Assembly: GCA_002633005.1 (NCBI GenBank)
Contig: NMRA01000236.1
Coordinates: 279,030-343,029 of the forward strand
Reading direction: 5' to 3'
Length of the DNA: 64,000 bases
Origin: Phoronis australis
Lineage: Eukaryota; Animalia; Phoronida
This document shows positions 24,580 to 38,867 of this stretch, piece after piece (position 1 is the stretch's first letter; every line of letters starts with the position of its first letter). Below the pieces are notes generated by a model. It was not told the origin of the DNA, searched no databases, and saw nothing but the letters and a program-made list of their open reading frames with translations. The position numbers were made by a program, and so were the translations under genes.

Positions 24580-26271
24580 AGGAGCATGCCACCCAAAAAC
24601 AACCTAATTTGTATCAATTTAGATCGAGTAGTTCTACTCCATAAGGACACGTACGGTTTCGTTACCTGACACCTGACGGCAGACGGAGGTGTTGAAATTA
24701 TACAATGACGTCATCGGTTTCACACTTAGTCTGTTCAGCAGTTCACAACACGGATTACTGGTGTCAGCTTATCGCTTGAAGTCATCGTTTAACACCAATA
24801 AATCATCAAACTTCGATGTAAAACCCTTAAAAAATACACCGACTTCTGGTAAAAACGTGTTGTTTTATTTCGCTCTTACGGGTTTATTGGTATTTGGACA
24901 CACCGTAACCTACAAAGTTCGGCAGGTCAATAAGGTCCGTAGCAGGACTTTGGGGTCTGTTCGGAGATAATTTCGAAGTATTTTCCGTGAGATACAGACA
25001 GGAGAACCTAGATCTGTGTTGTTTAGACTTGTGATTATTTGATTTCTAAACACAAAACGCTTGTTATCCTGGCCAGTGACTCGGAGCCCGATCAGCTGGC
25101 CCGTCGCGGCCGGCCCGGGATTAACTCGTTATCCCGGCCAGTGGCTCGGAAACTGATCAGAAATCACGAACATAAGCCAGCCAAAGTTCAGTGGAAACTA
25201 AACTTCCAGTCAAGAAAATACTATACTAGTGAGCCAAAGTAATGTACACCTGATTATGTTGGTGAATTAGCCACGAAACTGCAAATCTACTTACTCGTCC
25301 ATTCGGGGGCCGCGAATTCACTCGGGTTCCGCTTTGGCCACAGCACCGTCTGGGCAGAAGTTGTACATTGACAATCATTATTTGAGTAATGTAAACGTAA
25401 ATAAAGATTCCCCTAACACCTAGCCGTGGGATGGAAATCGAGTTCTTTCACAACAGTTCTGCCAGCAAACACTAAATTAGCATGAGCTCACACCGGCACC
25501 CGGCCTCGGTGTCCCGTCAATTAGTTTTGCACCAAAAGCCGGTAACGCAGTGATTTATTCATTGCTGGCTTCTCAAATCATTTGCACTCACAAACACTCC
25601 AAAGGCATTACAAATTGCATCTACTGAGACAGACTTTGTTTTAGTTGGTTAGGGTGAGAAGGCATTTTGAAACAGAACGCTCAGTACTAAACGCCAACAT
25701 GGCAACTCGCAATCCCGACTTAGGACGAGCTACAGTAGAGCTCATCAGTCCCGACTTCGCAGGTGGGTCGTTAAGTTTTACAGGCTATCAATTCGAACAG
25801 GAATACAGTGATGAAGAAATACTAGAGAGGCGCCGTGAACAAGCTCAGACAACGGAACATGGAGTCATATTTGGTAAGCCGGCATTCGTCACTGAGGCAC
25901 TGTCCACGTCTGCATGCCACAGACACGGAGATGTTTCACGGCCTCATACTTGCTATTTACAGCGTACATTTCATTCTTCACTACCATGAGCCACTTCTTA
26001 AGCATTTCGGCCTCTCGAGGAAGTAAAAAAAACGATATACCCGCTTTCCTCGCAGCGCTGCTTAGTTCGGACAAGCGGGAACGATGCACCGCAACATAGC
26101 GGCATTCACTCTGCATATGAACCACTGACGTCGCTAGCGTCGTTTCTCACCTTCCTCACAGGTTCACGCGACACCTGTTGGCAAGGTAAGGTCGACCGTA
26201 TGCGAGGCGATGTGGATGTAGACCAATTAAGACGGCAAAAAAGACTAAGTTAAATCGGGTGGCATTCTACT
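24580..26271. mobile_element. Internally deleted Kolobok-like DNA transposon
   Basis: TTAA TSD at 24576-24579 and 26272-26275. TIR AGGAGCATGCCACCC / GGGTGGCATTCTACT (13/15 match). Holds convergent remnants of a THAP-domain ORF (-) and a second ORF (+). Confidence 0.8.
25889..26106 (-). pseudogene. THAP-domain N-terminus of transposase, frameshifted and truncated
   Basis: MPLCC / IVPACPN / RKAGISFFLLPREAEMLKKWL...HLRVC fits the THAP C2CH pattern up to the last cysteine. Confidence 0.7.
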
Positions 26272-29143
26272 TTAAATGTATCATTTGTCTGCAAAATATG
26301 CATGTTATTTGAGACAACTTCAAACCTTTGTTACCCATTTTCAAGCCTTTTGATTTTTGATACTTTCAGCAATTTTAAACACCGATTACAGATTCATGGG
26401 TCTGTCAAACACATTTCTGGTCTAAGGCTGAGAGAATCGTTTCTCAGATTTTTTTCTAATAGAGGATACGAAAACTTGGGTCAATGATGGATAATCTTTC
26501 TGTTGTTCAAAAGTAATTAAAAATCCTAAGGCACCATTGTTTGTGTATTGGCAGTAAGAATAATATGTTCAAATGTGACCTCACTCGTAAGTTCACATCA
26601 AAAATGCAATTTTCACAAAAATGACAGTCATATGAGTTTATAAACGACTGGCATGAGTTAAGACTGGTTCAGTTGTTGAAAATTCAGAGAATGTAATACA
26701 GTTTTACGGGTTTACAATGGCTAGCAAAACAGTTTCATGAAACGTGAAAAAAGCTCATGAAGGTTAAGAATTACCTCACCATGCTCTTTCCCTCGGACAC
26801 TATTACCTATTATTTCCACACATTCAGTTGCACCAAATTGTATAACCCCAACCCTTATGCCAACCTCCCGCTAAGGACCTGAATAAGTAAATTTACAAAA
26901 AAACCTTTGTTTGAAAATAGCTGCCCCTTTTCAAAAGCTTTGTTCTTTGTCTCTGATATAGAAAGTAGGCTTTAACAACAGATCTGCACTTGATGGGAAG
27001 ATTTTGCTGGTTAGCTGCCTGCAGTCAACTGCATAAAACCAATTTTTGTCCATTCAGGGACGGTTGCAGAAGCGGTGCATATCTCGTCTTCACGGTACAA
27101 GCCCTCAAACCTAAAAATTTAAGGCCAGGTGGAAACAAACATGACATCTTTAAATGTCAACATGCAATAGGTTTCCGGATGACATAGGATAGGGAGTAAA
27201 CAAATAGTCTAATGGATATTTGTCACGTGCCCTTTGAGCTTGGATTGTAATCTTACCTCACTAACAAATATCGAGTTGACAGCATAAACATTCAGCATTG
27301 ATTGATGTAACTGTCACTGATAAACCCGTTAAAAATCATTCCAAACGTTAATGATACTGCTTTGATATACGAAAAGATTCCGAGTGCCACGTTAAGTATT
27401 GTAACCCACGTCATCACAACAAGCAATGGTTGACCGACTGGCGGCTGCCGCGAAGTGGACATCGGCCAGTACCTCAATCAACAGGTATCAGTTTTGTAAT
27501 CGTAAAAATAATCACAAACCTTACCTTTGTATCAGGTCATGCTTATTTCCTCTCAAAGAAGTACCCTTTTCCGTGCAATCTCAGATTCAGTTGGCACGGC
27601 TGCAAACCATTTCACCATGCATTTAAGGGGCTCGCGAAATCGAGGCTACTGCAGTAATTTATCACCACTAGTACACGCGCGCTCTCTGGTAATGTAAAGA
27701 TTGTCGAATAACTCCATTGTCTTGTGTGTAAAATTTAACCGTGCATTAACAAAATGAGCTGTACTATGTTCTACGTAGGCTAACTGGATTCAACGCTCAT
27801 CTTGGCTTCCACTTTCATGAAATCATTTTCAGGATGGCTTTGGGTCTAATCATCTCAATTGTTCTCTGTCTGCTTGGTCAATAAGACAATTCCACTTGGT
27901 CAAAATACCCAGAATGCACTATTTATTACATCAAATGTATTTTCTAAAGCCGGGTCCAGCGAACCTATATCTTCTCGGCAGCAAACCAAACTTATGACTG
28001 AACGTCATAACACAGCTAGTTAACGATTAGTCAGTGCTCAGCTGTGAAACACAGCTGAAGGGTTATCGAAGCGTTGTTCACAAATCTGTGAAATGGCCAC
28101 AAATCAGAAGAATGGGAGAAAATACTAGCTGATAATGTTAGTAACCTACTAACCAAAGTCAAATCCCTTGACATGGAATCGCAAACTGTCTAACCAGTTA
28201 AAGTACGCATCTTTTTACCTTTCTCTAACAACGACGACTCAAATTGCCAATCGTCTATCATCTCAGTTTTTTACCCAATGACGTAATGCAGTAACCCAAA
28301 TCTCAGCCAATGAGCCAAGAGAATGCTTTAGTCCACGGGTTCGCCGCTAATTAAAAATGAAAATCGAGTGACAAGCGAATAGTAAACAGTCGACGGAATC
28401 TCCGAGTGAATAAGCTCTTCTGAAAGGCTTTAATTATATACCATGTAGCCGTATTATTTCTGAAGACAAGTATGTTCTACGTGTACGGATGCACAGATTA
28501 ATATTTGATGCTTACATTTGTACTTCGAGTGTTTTGATGACACTAAACGGGCCCATAGAAAGGAAAAAATATTGGGGGGGGGGNGGGGGTACAAACCAAA
28601 TTGACTTCTCCAACCTACGCCCTTGCTTTCGTCAGGCCCCCCGTTCTCTGGATGTTACCATAGTTGTACCGAAGGGTCATACGGGGGATGCAGCCATCAG
28701 GATTTGACAAACCGTGAACCACAAAACCAACAAAGATTCACGAAAAGTAAGAATGCGTCTAGGCCCCGAGCGCAATGACAGGTAGATGGGAGCTGCCTGA
28801 AGTAACTATAGCTGGGTCGAAGGTAAAGGTTCCTTTTAGCATGATCCATTTTCGGGAAAACTTCGTTTTATTATGGGGATTCTTTGAAGTAATTTTGTGG
28901 AAAGGTGAGGTCCCGAGGTGCCTGGTATGAGTGCCATTGTGGCCGATTCAGAATCCCTTGATGAAACACAGCCGGTAGTCCAGTTTCTGGTTGCTGGGGA
29001 AAATGATACATAGTGTGTCCCAAAAATGTACACACGGCTCGGGTTCAAATTCAGTTCCCGTGAGTAACCGAGATTTTAAGTTGGCCTACTGCATGGTTAC
29101 ACCTTATTTTTAACGTGGGTGTGCCTGTCATGACGTGCTCCGT

Positions 29144-29240
29144 GCATGCGTGCACCTAGGGAGGGGAGGGGGTCGGGAGGCTCGATGGCAAAGTGGGCAA
29201 AATTTGAGCCCCCCTATACTTTAGGCTGGATGCGCGCAAG
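29144..29240. mobile_element. GCATGCGCGCACC-family MITE (degenerate)
   Basis: GCATGCGTGCACCTAG...CTGGATGCGCGCAAGC; same family as 54104-54283. Confidence 0.5.
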
Positions 29241-29384
29241 CAAACGAACAAAAATTCATTGCGCAATACCACTGGAAACCAAAAACATCAAGAAGTTCAA
29301 AGACAACCTTTCCAAGGTGATGACTAATAAGTTTGATTATATTTATTTAAGTACTAAACTTCGTTTTTGATCTATGGTTTGTAA

Positions 29385-30085
29385 AGTTAAACCCATTTAT
29401 CTAGTTCCTGAGCCAATAAACAATTTAATGTCATTTGAATTGTGAGAACATTGTAGGACACATTTTTGAGCTGTCCGAACATCAATTTCCTTGAGACTTA
29501 TTTCAGATAGACAAAAAGCGTTTCGTGTACTTTTATATTTGGGGATCTGATGATAGATCGAATTTTCCCAATGTCGGCCTGCAATTAAATTCATTGAAGT
29601 ATTGTCATTTCTTACAAGATTAGCTTCGAATTGTCAAAAAAATCAACTCTCAATCAGTCCACTTTCGTAGATACTTAAACATGTAAATCAAAAACCAACA
29701 ATCAAATCCACGAGCAATGCGTTTACCTTAATTTAATGACTTAATTCCTTTTTAATCCCCTGTTAGTGGCTTTAAACAACAAATCTTGTACCGAAGTCAA
29801 AAAGCAATGCATTTATCGTTATTTGAATTGTGAGTAAATTTTTTTGGGAAGTGTCCATTAAAGTTTCATCAATGTTTTTGAGAGTTATTTTAGATAGGCA
29901 AAAAGCGTTCAAGTGCACTTTACTATTTGGGGATCGGATAATGTTTTTTTCCGCATTCAGGCTTCAACTAAATTCCCTGAATCGTCATCATTCCTTAAAA
30001 GATTATCTTCCAACTGCCAAAAATCATCTATTAACCTGTCGGTTTTAAATCAGAAACCAACAAATTTGTTGATCAAAAAGGAATG
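29385..30085. repeat. Diverged tandem duplication, period ~385 bp
   Basis: Shared blocks ATTTGAATTGTGAG, AGATAG(A/G)CAAAAAGCGTT, TATTTGGGGATC and AAACCAACAAAT recur about 370-400 bp apart. Confidence 0.65.
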
Positions 30086-33000
30086 TTATAAGTAATTTCC
30101 GCATGCATGCTCGCAGATTTTTGACGGATAACCGGGGTAACATAGTGAGGTGTATTTTTGCTCTTTCCGAGGTATCTATAACGGTTCACGAATTTAACTT
30201 GACCTCAAAATAAACTTTGAAATATTTGTTTAATTTGTTTATTATTGCGAGTATTTGAGCACACTCGTTCAACATGTACACGGTCACCCCAATGGTAGCC
30301 TCGACAGCAGTGTTTTCCACATGTGGGAATTCCTTGCAAACAACTCACAGAAACCATCTTCAAAAGAGATACTATTCTTGTGTTCTTGTGATAATATGTG
30401 AAATAGTAACATTATTTTATAAGTAACCATCGGAAATAGTCCTTTTGTGTAATTAGAAAACAGCGGTGTTCACGTTCTTTAAAACTCCCTTTCGATGACG
30501 GTTCAATTTTTTTTACATTTTTTGGTTGTTTGGGTCGAATGTCTTGATACTGCTGTGCTGTTCACGAATATAGTGTATTTTTGATGAATCTGGAATCACA
30601 ACTTCCCTGGTGAATATTTGGCAGAGTCGGATTTACATGTAAAGAAGGGCAAAGGGACATTTCTCCGAACTGCTCCACCGAGAGAGGGTCCCGTCTGAAA
30701 TGGGACACCTTAATTATAAAAAGCTAAACATCATTAAGCTTCGAAAAGAGTGACAATCCATTCCACCGTCGTGTTGTCAGACGACGGTGCAGGAAGAGAC
30801 CTTCTTCAATATGAAAGTTGGTTGCACAATTTCACAAAAAACAGGAAAATAGATGTAATCGAGTCCAACATTGGGTCGTCCCTCCGTGAGCGTACCCTTA
30901 AGAATTTGTGAATAGAAATAGAGAAACTGTGATCACTTGAATGTAATCAATGGCTTCCTTCAGAAGTGGGGCGTCTCTACGCGAAAATATATATATATTT
31001 TCATGAAATGTGCAACAATTGATGACATCTGTCAGGTCATTTTTTCTCAAGTGATATACAATTCGAGAAAAAGCGACAGTTGTCTCCGTTATCTCTTGCC
31101 AGAGAGGGGTCTCTGGAAAAATATGGTTTTGCAGTCGCAAAATAAGACTTACTGAATTTAAAAATCCAGTAAATTAATACGCTCCGCTAAAGATTCGCCT
31201 TACAAATTTTGTCGATTTTTCGAAATATATGCATGAATCATTACGTGCACGTTTCCAAGTGCATTTAGACAGTGCATTTAGACGATCTGCGTTGCGAAAG
31301 CGGAGACCCCAACAACAATGTGCTGGCCAGGGTCCTGAAAAGCTAAACCATGCACCGATACATAGTTATTAAATGTTATCTTGAGTTTTCTCTCTTATCC
31401 GCATTTAGCAGTCTTTCTTTTCTGTACTTTCCGCGCCCCACGCGTATATCGGTTGCCACAGTTTAACCCTGACGCTTGAAAATTTTTTTTGGGAGTGTAG
31501 CGTTTAATCATGACATTTACTTTGTAACCGTGCGCGTTGAGTAAAAGCAGAAAGATAATTGTTTAAGAACCCATTCAGCGCGTTGAATAACAAATTCAGC
31601 GGGTTGATTTAGTAGTGTGTGTTGACTAAAGGAAAAGTGGGCATTGAAGAAACACATTTCAAAGCGTAGAAAGGTGCTTGTTTAAAGCCTAACTTCAACG
31701 GAATTTTATTTTAGACGTATGGGGCTAACCAGTTACTCTTAGCAAAGCCTCAGCAAAATAAGAAAACGCGAGTTTAATCACGCAAATGTAGGCCCGTCAA
31801 ATTTTCGCGCCATATTGTGTCACCGCGAGATCCCTGCACAAACAACAAAAGGCCGATAGCAGTTGTATTGAATAGGGGTCTGAATAGAACACCGTTGCGT
31901 GCGGGTATTATTCGCAGCTGTTTAAATTAAAAGGTGATTCTCGCGGTGACGTAGATAAAAGCAAACCATTACACCAAACAGTTCGTTACATTTGACAATT
32001 TATGGAACTAGTGGGCTCAGAGCAATGCTCTTAATGTACTGTAGGATCCAAATTTACAAGAAAATACGCGTTACCGTTCGAGATAAGCTTTAAGAACCCT
32101 TTGGCGCTTCAAACGGTAGAGTTTTGCAGGCGCACTTAAATTGATTCGCTTGGCGATATCTCGCGAAGTATTGCGTGTTCTTGCGAGATTTTCGCCTCCA
32201 GAGAACGCAGTAGACCTGCTACAAACTCTACACGAAACAGCCAGTTACGAGGTGTTGTTGTAATGGGAAATTGGGGCCGCAGTTGGGGTACAGTTGTGTT
32301 CCCCATATCATGATCTAACCTGATAACGAAATCCAAGTCTTCTCATTCATACTCTTGTCGTGCTGGTGATTTAAGACGGCTAGTGGCTGTTGTTGCCGGC
32401 TTCGTAGTTCGTAGACGTCCTCAGTTTCATCAACGCAGGCCTAAATGCACTCAGCTAACGGATGCTGTAACGTTTTACTATTATAATTTTCTCTTCTCAG
32501 ACTAAAGTCGGTCAAACCAACTAATCAGTCGGACAAGTGATGGCTTACTGATACATCAACTGGCAATGACTGTGAGACACTGGCGACTATTATTGGTCCT
32601 CCAAAAGTGAATCTGGGAGAGTTGAGTGTAATAATTACCGGGACAATTGAAGCAAAGCAAAGTTGATCTCTCGTAGCACAACGCCAAGTGCAACTACGCA
32701 ATATTTTTTTATAACGGAACGTGCATGTAATAAACACTAAGACACCAGCAAACAGAAAGAGGCGTCGGCACTGAATATAGTTGTCCAGATTTCATTATAT
32801 ATTATACTATTTAATACATAATAAAAATAATTGCAGGCGGTCTGGTACTCGTTGTACTAGACGTGCGCTGGCCACGCATGTGGGCCGATTGCACTGATCA
32901 CCTGGAACCATTTCTGTGCTTTATTAATATATGTTAAAACCAAGCTCAGGAGCTAGAGACCTGACTCAAGGGTCTAGCAGTGTGACCCAGCGAGACTCGA

Positions 33001-33916
33001 ACCCACAACCTTGAGAGAGAAAGCCACACTGCCTCCTCTATTTTTTACACAACAGAGGACTAAGTTTCGGTCATTTTGGACTATAATGATGCCCTTGTTG
33101 AATTGTGTTATGCAAGGAGGTGGCCTTGAAGGCCAGATGTTTGAAAATCAAAAAGTTATGTCAAGGTCACATATTAGGTGATATTCGCATAGCTGGGAAA
33201 CCGATGTATTAGTGTGGGCGATAGAATAACGCGTCAGCTTCGTTTAAAACGTTTTATTCTTGAAGAGACGGTTATCTGCAAACGATAAATACAGTTTGTC
33301 AAACAACGGAACCAAACAATGTTCTCAAAACGTTACCCAATAGTCAATACGGCTAGCACACGGGACTCGAACCCGCATAAGACAAAACCATCACAAAGCA
33401 GCCGTTACAGTTCAACAATTAAACATTAGTCATGCAGTCCAACAGACCTACATGAATAGACTAAACGTAAAGCCTTAACAGAATTACATGTACTTACTGG
33501 AGTTTTCCGCGTGGCCCAGCTAATAATCTCTCTACAGTGCATCACAACATGTTGAAACCCATATTCGAAATGAGCGCTGTAAATGACTGCTGAAGCTAAA
33601 AACCATGAAAACTGAACTGTGATTGGTTATATTACAATGGTAGCATCTATTTAGCCAAACAATTACCTAGGAGCGGGGGTAGACAGCAATTACAATGCAC
33701 TCTGGAAACGCCCTAAGGTGTACATACAACGCCTCTAGTGGACATAAAGATCCTAAACAAAAGACTAATGCTCCTGCATTGACACGATGCTTGCCCGACG
33801 TGTAGCTGCGGCAACAGTTCACAGACAATTGTGAAAAACAGATGGGGCGCCTGCCGTGTATCACCGAGAAGTCGGTATTCAACACTCATCATTGCCAACA
33901 AAGCACGCGTGATTAG

Positions 33917-36900
33917 TGTTATATTATTATTGATATATTTTAGTTTTCGTATTATGATTTTATTAGCCAATGGCAGTCGCCATTTTGTATTGACGTCAAT
34001 CCCGCAGCAAATAAATACGGCACTTCCGGTTTCATGTAAACGACGAGGTTTTATCATCATTCATTTGGTAGCCATAAAACAGATGGTGTCAGGAGTGGGA
34101 TACTTCGAAATGCTAAACGAAAATCACTGAAAACGAAAGATAAAGCTTCAGAGAGCAGTTAGGACTATAGTTTGAAGGTGGATGGTCGAATGAAAAGTTA
34201 GATTTTTGTGAATGAAATCATCGCTTGTTTGTGACCACATTGTCTAAGTACACAGCTGTCGTATCGTCAATTGACCATTCCCTGCATGTCAGTCGGCACA
34301 AAAGTGATAACTGGAAAGGTAGGATCGACTCCTGTTTCCTTGTCAAGTCTTTAAGTCATGTCATCACATCAGTCAAGCCGAATTTGTGTCATTACTGTCC
34401 GTGCCACTGATCGTCAAATCTATAGACTAGCTCGTTCGTGAACTGTCAATATCTTCTACTACTGTGTATTGTCAATCATTGTGTGTGTGTGTAGAACTAC
34501 CATATCGTCCATAATGCCTAAATACCAAGCACCGGAAGCATTTGATTTATCGAAACCATCGTCATGGCCAGACTGGAAAACCAGGTTTCTGCGTTACTAC
34601 ATTCTAGAGAAAATCAGGGATGAACAGGGTGATGTACAAGTCTCTTCACTTGTGTATACGATGGGTCGTCAAGCCGAACACATCTTCAAGTTATTCAAAT
34701 TTGAAACACCTGTTCCAACAGAGGAAGAGCCAAATCCACCAGATCCAAAAGACGATTTCAATACGGTTCTGCAGAAATTCGAGGACTATTTTGCTCCACG
34801 CAAAAACACTCCATGAGAGAACGAAATTCTATCAACGTAGCCAACAGCAGGGTGAGTCCGTTGAAAGTTTTGTTAGAAGTCTTCATGAACTAGCAGCTCA
34901 TTGTAATTTCGGCGAAAAAGAAGATGAACATATTCAAGACCGTCTTATTTCAGGGATGACCGACAAAGAGTTGTCGCGTGATCTTCAAATGGAACAGGAA
35001 AACCTGACACTTTCAAAGGCTATAGACACTGCTCGATACAAAGAACTTGTCCAGTCTAACCAGAGTGAAGGTGCATCTGTCAGTTTCTTGAAAAAAGGGG
35101 GCAAAAGTCCGAAAAAGAAATCGCCCAAGAAATCATCACACCAGTGTTAGAGCCAATCCAACTCCAAGCAATCTAGTGGAGACCAGTCGGGGAAGAAGAA
35201 ATGCCCTAATTGTGGTTATGTCCATAGATCCCCTGGGCCTGAATCCTGCCCTGCTAGAGGGAAAATATGTCGGTTCTGTTCGAAACAGGGTCACTTCGCC
35301 TCCGTATGCCGTAAGAACAAAGTCAATGAAGTTTACGAAGAGGAGGACGATCAACAGGCTGATCAGTTCTGTGGTGCAGTAAATGTTGACTACTTCCTAG
35401 GCGCCGTAAACTGTGATGATAGCGACCCCGCTTGGAAGGTGACTCTCACCTTGGGCAGCTCTTCAGAAACATTCAAGATAGACACCGGCGCTGATGTGTC
35501 CATCATGTTGTACTCCCAGTATCTCAAGATCAAGCCAAGACCTCCTCTGAAAGATATCAAGGCTAAGCTGTCAAGCCCTGGCGGTCCTCTTAGTTGTAAA
35601 GGACAGTTCGTCGCAAGAACTGTGTTCAAGGGACATAGTTATCATTTTCGTGTGATGGTGGTTGATGGAAAAGTTGAAAGTCTTCTTGGCCGGGGAGTAG
35701 CCAGTCAGATGAACCTTATCGTTCGAGTTAACTCCGTTACTGAAGAAATAGGACTTCTCAATACTGACTCAGTCAAAATATCCCTGAATGAGAATGCCCT
35801 GTCATATGCCCTAAACGTAGCTCGACGTATTCCGTTTCCACTTGAGAAGAAAGTGAAAGAGGAGATAGACCGTCTTACCAAACTTGGAATCATCAAGGTT
35901 GTAACTCGTCCTACACCGTGGTGTGCCCCGATGGTACCTGTCTTGAAAAAAACGGGCAAAGTCAGACTCTATGTCGATCTAAAGAAATTGAATGTGAACA
36001 TCCAACGAGAAAGATTCGTCCTGCCAACCCTAGAGGATGTGACTTCGAAACTCCTGGGAGCAACAATTTTCTCATGTGTTGACGCAGCGAGTGGTTTCTA
36101 CCAGATCCCTCTAGCAGAAGAGAGCCAGGACTTAACTACTTTTATAACACCATTTGAGTGTTATTGTTTCCGTCGTCTTCCATTCGGCATCACCTCTGCT
36201 CCTGAAATCTTCATGAGGAAAATGCTAGAAGTGCTTAAGGGCCTGGACGGCTTGTTTGTGTATATGGACGACATCTTGGTGTATGGTGCGAATGCTGCCG
36301 AACACGACGCTAGGTTGTCAAAGGTCCTTGAAACCCTTCACCGAGCTGGTCTGAAGCTTAATCAAGATAAATGCTTGTACAGGAAAGAAGAGCTGAAGTT
36401 CCTAGGTCACCTATTCAGTAAGAATGGAATACGGGCCGACCCAGGCAAGGTTACAGCCATCCTACAAATGCAGCCGCCCAAGTCAGTCACTCAAGTTCGT
36501 CAGTTCATGGGAATGGTACATGTACACTACCTTGGTTCATATCTACCTGACCTGAACTCTGTCACCGGTCCATTAAATGATCTACTGAAGTCAGACCGCC
36601 AATGGACTTGGGATGCGCACCAAGAAGAAGCATTTAAAAGGACGAAACAGCTTATTGCATCAACTCCCGTCTTGTTTTACTATGATGTGACAAAGCCAAT
36701 TATTGTAAGCGCTGATTCCAGTTCTTATGGTCTGGGTAGCGTGTTCTAACAGCAGCAGGATGGCATTCTTAAGCCAATAGCCTTTTGTTCTCGCACCCTC
36801 ACACAGAGTGAACAGAAGTATGCCCAGATTGAGAATAGAATGTTTGGCGAGTGTGTGGGCATGCGAAAAGTTTGACCGCTATATCTGTGGGCACAGCAAT

Positions 36901-38867
36901 GTCACAATATATACCGACCACAAGCCTCTTGTCCCTCTTAGCAACTCCAAGAGCCTGGATGAAGTACCACTACGCTGCCAGAGGCTTCTAATGAGACTGA
37001 TGAGATATGATGTCACAGCGACACATGTCCCAGGAAAGGATATGCATGTGTCTGGTGCGTTATCAAGAAGCCCTCTCGCCCTAAAAGATTCTTCAACTGA
37101 CCAAGATGTTCAACTACATGTACAGTCAATCGAGTCAAGCCTGTCAGTTACTCACAACAAGAAGATGAACATCCGTAAAGCAACGTCTGATGATCCAGTA
37201 CTGAGGTCAGCCATCGTGTACACCCTAACTGGTTGGCCGAGGTATGAAAGAGCTGTTCCTGAAAGCTTGAAGAGTCTATATGCACATCGTGCATCACTGT
37301 CTGTCACTGATGGTCTGTTAGTCTTCAATTCAAGGATCGTCGTTCCCCATAGTATGAGACCAGAAATACTTGACAGAATCCATGACGGCCATCAGGGAGT
37401 GACAGAGTGTCTCGAGAGAGCACGGCTAGGTGTGTGGTGTCCTGGTATCACCAATGATATAAAGAGGACTGTTAAACTGTGTAGTCACTGTACAGAGAAG
37501 AAGCCAACCCAAAAGCGTGAACCTCTTATGACAACTCCATTGCCACAGGGTCCACGGCAGCGACTCGGGGTTGATTTGTTCTTCTTCAAAAGCAAGAACT
37601 ACCTAGTGATGTATGACTACTACTTACGTTGGATAGAGATTCTCGCCCTCAGTTCAACAAACGCTACAGCCGTCATCTGCCGCATGAAGGACGTATTTGC
37701 TCGATTCAGTGTCCCAACCGAGGTCGTATCTGACAATGGTCCACAATTTACGTCCGCGGAGTTCAGAGAGTTTGCATCTAAGTGCAATTTTCGTCATGTC
37801 ACCTCCAGTCCTTATCTTCTTAATTCCAACGGGGAAGCAGAGAGAGCTGTCCAAACAGCTAAAACTATGTTGAGCCAAGATGACCCCTGGCTTGCCTTGA
37901 TGGTCTACCGAGACACCCCAATTGCAGCAACAGGAGCTAGCCCATCACAGCCCACAGTAGGAAGACATTTGAGAACTACTCTACCTGTTCCGTCCTCAAC
38001 AATAGAGCCTGTATGGCCAAACCGAGAGCAGATCCTTGCCAAAGATCAGAAGTACAAGGCGACATCTTCAACGTCTTATAACCAACTTTATGGTGCTAAG
38101 CCACTTCAACCGCTTCAACAAGGAGAGCCTGTCTTAGTCAAGACAGATAATGAGAAAGGATGGTCCGAGTCGGGAATCGTACGCGGTGAAGCGAGCACGC
38201 CAAGATCATATCTAGTTGAGACTAAGTCTGGAGTTTGTAGAAGGAACCGCCGTCATCTTAGGGAGATGCCACCGATAACAACTGATACTATAGCAACAAC
38301 CATGTCATAGAAGGACACCTCTCATGCGCCACCTACTTGTGTTGTTCCTAAACAGTGTGTAGTGCCTATGACTTCAGACTCTCCGGGATCTTCTCGTCGC
38401 TCAGGCCGATGTTTTAAAAGACCTGCTCGATTGATCGAATCTATTTAGTGTGTTTGTCTTTATAGTGCCTGGATTCTACATGATAATCCATGGCGACAAT
38501 GGAGTGAAGTGATAGTAACCTCTCCTCCTAAAGAGTTTGTGTTTTCGTGTACCTTAAGGAAATTACTCAGTGAGTAGTGTGTTCTAAAAGACTTGTGTTC
38601 CAAGAGACTTCGTGTTGATACGAACATTTCATTTGAACTCTCAAAGACTGAAAGACATTCTAAATAGTTGTCATGTGACTTTGTGCATTGTCTGTAAGAG
38701 GGAGATGTTATATTATTATTGATATATTTTAGTTTTCGTATTATGATTTTATTAGCCAATGGCAGTCGCCATTTTGTATTGACGTCAATCCCGCAGCAAA
38801 TAAATACGGCACTTCCGGTTTCATGTAAACGACGGGGTTTTATCATTCATTTGGTAGCCTTAAAACA
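33917..38867 (+). mobile_element. Full-length Ty3/Gypsy LTR retrotransposon (frameshifted gag-pol)
   Basis: LTRs 33917-34081 and 38706-38867 (TG...CA). TSD ATTAG at 33912-33916 and 38868-38872. PBS TGGTGTCAGGAGTGGGAT at 34084-34101, complementary to the tRNA-Leu 3' end. PPT AAGAGGGAGA at 38696-38705. Domain order PR-RT-RH-IN. Confidence 0.97.
34514..38310 (+). pseudogene. Gypsy gag-pol (gag with CCHC knuckles, protease, RT, RNase H, integrase), disrupted
   Basis: Motifs ERTKFYQRSQQQGESV, FKIDTGADVS, RLPFGITSAPEIF, VYMDDILV, ADSSSYGLG, TDHKPL, HDGHQG, VSDNGPQF, SNGEAERAVQT. Several frameshifts and stops. Confidence 0.95.

Noticed and set aside
28790-28835. TAACTATAGC..GGTC..AAGGTA resembling a large-subunit rRNA segment
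   Set aside because: The similarity is short and gapped, and the flanks are not rRNA-like.
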